From NCBI GenBank assembly GCA_937925675.1, contig CALAME010000086.1, positions 13,852 to 77,851 of the forward strand: a DNA stretch of 64,000 bases. The letters are read 5' to 3'. The DNA comes from an uncultured Paenibacillaceae bacterium. Its GTDB lineage: Bacteria; Bacillota; Bacilli; Paenibacillales; CALAME01. Both the position numbers and the translations under genes were made by a program. Positions 60,195 to 64,000 of this stretch are shown in pieces (position 1 is the first letter of the stretch; each line of letters begins with the position of its first letter). The notes under the pieces were generated by a model. It was not told the origin of the DNA and did not search any database. It saw only the letters and a list, made by a program, of their open reading frames with translations.

Positions 60195-61070
60195 TCATTC
60201 TTTCACGGCACCTAGCATGACGCCGTGGACAAAATATTTTTGCAAGAAAGGATACACGCAGATGATCGGTATAATGGATACCATCATCGCCGTCACTTGC
60301 AGGGAGTAACTGGTCACGCCCGCACCTGCGGCGTGTTCCACCGCTTCACGCGGCACTTCGCTTTTATTGATAATTTCAATCATGCGGTACGTGAGTGTTC
60401 GCAAATTTTCATTGCGGACGAAATAGGCGGAATCCAGCCACGAATTCCATTGACCGACCCCTAAAAACAAGGTCATCGTGGCCAGCAAAGGCTTCGACGT
60501 CGGCAGTATGATGCGCGTATAGATGGTCCATTCGCTCGCGCCGTCGATATAAGCCGATTCGCGCAAATCTTTCGGAATTTCACGGAAAAACGATATGGCA
60601 ATGAGCAGGAAAAAGGTGTTCAGCATCGCCGGGATAATATACACCCCGAACGTGTTCAACAGCCCCAGTGAACGCAAGACGACATAGTAGGGAATTAATC
60701 CTCCCGAGAAATACATCGCGAAAATGACGATGGCAAAGTAAAATTTTTTGAACACCAGATCCTGATGGGACAGTCCGTACGCGACCAAACAGGTAAACAG
60801 CACGCCGGTCAACGCGCCGATCACTGTCCGCATGATACTTACAAAGAGCGCCATCACCCACGTTTTTTGACTGAAAAACGTTTTGTAATTTTCCAGGGTA
60901 AAATCTCCTGGCCACAAATAGGAACCACCCAACAACGCATCGTGACCGGAATTAAATGAAGTGATCAGCAAGTAATAGAACGGATAGACGGTCACGATCA
61001 GAATGATCGTCAGCAAAAAGTAGTTCACGCTATCTATGACCAAATCTTCGAGACTTTTTCTTTTCAACAT
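60195..61070 (-). CDS. carbohydrate ABC transporter permease (LplC-like)
   Basis: 291 aa, EAA loop LRESAYIDGASEWTIYTRIILPT. Confidence 0.9.
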   Translation of the reverse strand: MLKRKSLEDLVIDSVNYFLLTIILIVTVYPFYYLLITSFNSGHDALLGGSYLWPGDFTLENYKTFFSQKTWVMALFVSIMRTVIGALTGVLFTCLVAYGLSHQDLVFKKFYFAIVIFAMYFSGGLIPYYVVLRSLGLLNTFGVYIIPAMLNTFFLLIAISFFREIPKDLRESAYIDGASEWTIYTRIILPTSKPLLATMTLFLGVGQWNSWLDSAYFVRNENLRTLTYRMIEIINKSEVPREAVEHAAGAGVTSYSLQVTAMMVSIIPIICVYPFLQKYFVHGVMLGAVKE

Positions 61071-61092
61071 CGAATGTCCTCCCGCTTCTGGC

Positions 61093-62112
61093 TTAAAACA
61101 GTCCCGATCCCGTAACCCGTTTTGCGATATAGTTGCTGCTGAAGATCAAAATGACGGAAATGACGGATTGAACGAGATCGATCGCTGCTGCATACGAATA
61201 ACGTCCTTGGGCCAATCCCACTTTAAACGCATATGTCTGCACAATTTCGGAAGTGCTGTTGTTGCTCGGATTGCCGAACAGGTAAGCCTGATCGAAGTTG
61301 GAACCGATCAGCCCGCCGCCGAGCATGCTGCCGATCGTCAGGATCAACACCACTACCGTCGTGCCCTTGATGCCCGGAAGCGTAATATGCCAGATCCGCG
61401 CCAGCCTTCCGGCTCCGTCGATCTGAGCCGCTTCGTACAAGGTCGGGTTGATGCCCGAGATTGCAGCAAGGAATATAATCGCCCACCATCCGGCTTCTTT
61501 CCAGATCGCCGTACCGATGGCAAGTCCCCAGAAATAATCCGGGTCCGTGAGCACCGGAATCGGTTTATCGACGATCCCGATGGACACGAGCAATTTATTG
61601 ATCAGCCCAACGTCGGTAGAAAGCATTGTAAAGGATAAACCGAGCACGACGACCCACGAAATAAAATGGGGCAGGTAACTGACGGTTTGCACGATCCTTT
61701 TGTACGTCATATTTTTGACTTCGTTGAGCATGATCGCCAGCAGGATCGGCACGGGAAAGGTAAAGATGATTTTCAGAATACTTAAAACGAGCGTGTTGCG
61801 GACGATGGTAAAAAACATATAGTCGTTATAAAACTCGATGAAATATTTGAAACCCACCCATTCACTGGTGAAAATACCTTTGATGCCAGACGTGATCGAA
61901 TAATTTTTAAAGGCCATCAAGATACCGAACATGGGGGTGTACGAAAATACGAGCAAAAACAACAGCCCGATCCAGACGAAAAAGTGCAGCGTTTTTTGTT
62001 TTTTAAAGCGTTTCCATACCGTTGTACGAGAAGGGGTAATGCGTTCTGGCGCATGTTCGGAATGCGGTGTTATGCTTACATTCATCCCTCGTTTTCCTCC
62101 TTTGTTTTTCAT
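61093..62112 (-). CDS. carbohydrate ABC transporter permease (LplB-like)
   Basis: KRFKKQKTLHFFVWIGLLFLLVFSYTPMFGI and the EAA loop LYEAAQIDGAGRLARIWHITLPG. An alternative start at 62085 follows AAGGAGG. Confidence 0.9.
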   Translation of the reverse strand: MKNKGGKRGMNVSITPHSEHAPERITPSRTTVWKRFKKQKTLHFFVWIGLLFLLVFSYTPMFGILMAFKNYSITSGIKGIFTSEWVGFKYFIEFYNDYMFFTIVRNTLVLSILKIIFTFPVPILLAIMLNEVKNMTYKRIVQTVSYLPHFISWVVVLGLSFTMLSTDVGLINKLLVSIGIVDKPIPVLTDPDYFWGLAIGTAIWKEAGWWAIIFLAAISGINPTLYEAAQIDGAGRLARIWHITLPGIKGTTVVVLILTIGSMLGGGLIGSNFDQAYLFGNPSNNSTSEIVQTYAFKVGLAQGRYSYAAAIDLVQSVISVILIFSSNYIAKRVTGSGLF

Positions 62113-62181
62113 TATATAGAGGCCCCTTCACGCAAAACAGTCATCGTTTTGTAGAACGGATTGTGTATTTTTAAGATATTT

Positions 62182-62195
62182 TGAAATCGCTTTCA
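62182..62195. promoter_or_regulatory. consensus cre (CcpA) site TGAAATCGCTTTCA
   Basis: Perfect fit to TGWAANCGNTNWCA. Lies about 70 nt upstream of the LplB-like permease start. Confidence 0.45.
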
Positions 62196-62225
62196 TTTTT
62201 ATTGTTCACAAACGAGCCATCCTCG

Positions 62226-62252
62226 ATAAAAAAATAAGCCCCTTAAAGGGGC
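62226..62252 (-). terminator. rho-independent terminator after the second GH95 gene
   Basis: The minus strand reads GCCCC-TTTAA-GGGGC followed by TTATTTTTTTATCG. Confidence 0.55.
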
Positions 62253-62294
62253 AAGCACGATTCGGACACTATATCGACCTGAACGATAGCAATT

Positions 62295-64000
62295 CTATAT
62301 GCGATACAGGATATATTTTTGTTTGGACTTGACTTGAAACTGGATGACATTGGCGGAAGCGTGCGTATACTCCACATCCTTATCTTCCGCTGTTACCCGT
62401 ACAGGCACAGCGGTTTTGACCCGGCATACTCCGTCGTAATCCGGCACGATCACCGCCTGTTTCAAGCGGCCCTCGTCCCAGGCGATGTCGACCGTATACC
62501 CTCCGCGTCCGCGCAAACCTTGGATGGAACCGCTCGTCCATGCTCGAGGCAGCGCAGGCAGCAAATGCAAGGCACCGGCATGGCTCTGCAACAACATCTC
62601 CGCGATCCCGGCCGTACCGCCAAAGTTGCCGTCAATCTGGAAAGGCGGGTGGTCGTCAAACAAGTTGGGCAGTGTGGAATACTGAAGCAAAGCGAGCACG
62701 TTGTCATAGGCCTTTTCCGCTTCCTCCAACCTGGCCCAGAACAGGATGATCCAGGCCCTGCTCCAGCCGGTATGCCCGCCGCCATGAGACAGTCTTCGCT
62801 CCAAAGTGACTTTCGCTGCTTCCGCCAACTCCGGTGTGGTTTCCCGATTGATCTGGTTGCCGGGAAAAAGGGCAAACAGGTGCGAAATATGACGGTGACC
62901 GGGTTCAGCTTCTTCATAATCCTCCAGCCATTCCTGGATTTGGCCGTGCTTACCGATTTTGATTTTTGGCAATCTTTTTACGATATCGAGGGCGGTTTTT
63001 CGGAAGTCATGATCCATATCCAGGATTTCACTCGCTTCGATCACGGCACTAAAAAGGGCGTGGAGAATCTGGCTGTCCATCGCGGGTCCCGCGCACAGCG
63101 TCCCCGATTCCCCGTTGGGCAAAATGTACGTATTTTCCGGAGAGACCGACGGACACGTCACCAGTTGTCCATCCGGCATTTCGATCAGAAAATCGACGAA
63201 AAATTCCGCCGCCTCTTTCAGGAGCGGATAACTTTTATTGAGATGGTCCCGATCCAAAGTAAACAAATACCGCTCCCACAGATGCAAACAAAGCCATGCC
63301 GCCCCCATCGGCCAATAAGTGGCCGGCAAATAAATGTCCTGCGGGGCGCAGTCCCCCCAAATATCTGTATTGTGGTGCGCCACGAATCCTCTGCATCCGT
63401 ACATTTCACGTGCCGTACGCCGTCCGGACGGGAGCATGCGTTCCAGATGATCGAACAGCGGTTCATGACATTCGGACAGATGACATGATTCCGCCGGCCA
63501 ATAGTTCATCTGCAAGTTAATGTTGATCGTATATTTGCTGTCCCAAGGCGGACGAAAGCTTTCGTTCCAGATGCCTTGCAGGTTTGCGGGCAATGAACCG
63601 GGACGGCTGCTGGAAATGAGCAAATACCGCCCGTAATGGAAATAGAGCGAGATGAGCCCATGGTCTTCATGGCCATCGGCGAGCCGTTTCAGCCGCTCAT
63701 CCGTCGGCAGCCGGTTAAGCTCTGTGTCGTTCTGATCATGCAGCATCAGCTGCGTCCGTGCGTACAAACGGGAGTAATCTTCGATATGGTTCGTTTTGAT
63801 CCGTTCATACGACTTAAGGGCAGCCTGGCGAATCGTTTCAAGGCAAGCGCCTTCGGGGTCCTGCTGGCGAAATGTCGTTTCCGCCGACAAATACAAGGTC
63901 ACTTGATCCGCATGCCGGACTTCCAATGTCTCCCCAAGCGTGCGGACGGTCCCGCCCGTCGCATAGGCAGCCAATACAGCGCAGAACGCATTTCCTCCTC
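62295..64000 (-). CDS. GH95 family glycoside hydrolase, second paralog; the 5' end lies beyond the window
   Basis: The frame stays open upstream of the track start at 63974 (..[20 protein letters not shown]), which aligns with residues about 200-220 of the 47030..49345 paralog. The C-terminal halves are collinear (..[24 protein letters not shown]..). Confidence 0.9.
   Translation of the reverse strand, partial: GGNAFCAVLAAYATGGTVRTLGETLEVRHADQVTLYLSAETTFRQQDPEGACLETIRQAALKSYERIKTNHIEDYSRLYARTQLMLHDQNDTELNRLPTDERLKRLADGHEDHGLISLYFHYGRYLLISSSRPGSLPANLQGIWNESFRPPWDSKYTININLQMNYWPAESCHLSECHEPLFDHLERMLPSGRRTAREMYGCRGFVAHHNTDIWGDCAPQDIYLPATYWPMGAAWLCLHLWERYLFTLDRDHLNKSYPLLKEAAEFFVDFLIEMPDGQLVTCPSVSPENTYILPNGESGTLCAGPAMDSQILHALFSAVIEASEILDMDHDFRKTALDIVKRLPKIKIGKHGQIQEWLEDYEEAEPGHRHISHLFALFPGNQINRETTPELAEAAKVTLERRLSHGGGHTGWSRAWIILFWARLEEAEKAYDNVLALLQYSTLPNLFDDHPPFQIDGNFGGTAGIAEMLLQSHAGALHLLPALPRAWTSGSIQGLRGRGGYTVDIAWDEGRLKQAVIVPDYDGVCRVKTAVPVRVTAEDKDVEYTHASANVIQFQVKSKQKYILYRI

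Noticed and set aside
1-64000. Mobile elements, prophage genes, toxin-antitoxin pairs, restriction-modification or other defence systems
   Set aside because: No transposase, integrase, recombinase, terminal inverted repeats, nuclease/helicase/methylase signatures or small bicistronic toxin-antitoxin-like pairs were seen on either strand.

Overview
The window looks like a Paenibacillus-like Firmicute chromosome segment. This is inferred from GGAGG-type ribosome binding sites (SD), a B. subtilis-like CysJ N-terminus, and YesM/YesN-type two-component systems next to LplABC/MalFG-type sugar importers. It is dominated by plant-polysaccharide utilisation genes. The contents are:

- A giant cyclic beta-1,2-glucan-synthase-like gene on the minus strand (1..8134). 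It runs off the window edge and is therefore missing from the supplied ORF track.
- Small housekeeping genes: tag, a NUDIX hydrolase and a small membrane protein.
- Four modules that each pair a YesM-like histidine kinase and an AraC-tailed response regulator with a sugar ABC importer and glycoside hydrolases (GH43 x2, GH51, GH95 x2).
- An Opp/Dpp/Nik-family ABC importer.
- htpG, cysJI and a ROK fructokinase.
- A GT2 / PlsY-like gene pair.
- A GH95 / aldo-keto reductase / lactonase-type amidohydrolase block, suggestive of oxidative L-fucose or L-galactose handling.

I found no rRNA, tRNA, CRISPR array, transposase, integrase or recognisable defence system.

The observations most worth a second look are:

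- A deletion-fusion that truncates a GH-like gene and beheads the adjacent binding-protein gene (about 40130).
- A 353-aa orphan protein.
- The GT2 plus divergent-PlsY pair.
- A mirror-image SD / anti-SD repeat in front of the giant gene.
- Several short tandem repeats.

All product names come from motif and sequence recognition by eye. No database search was run.
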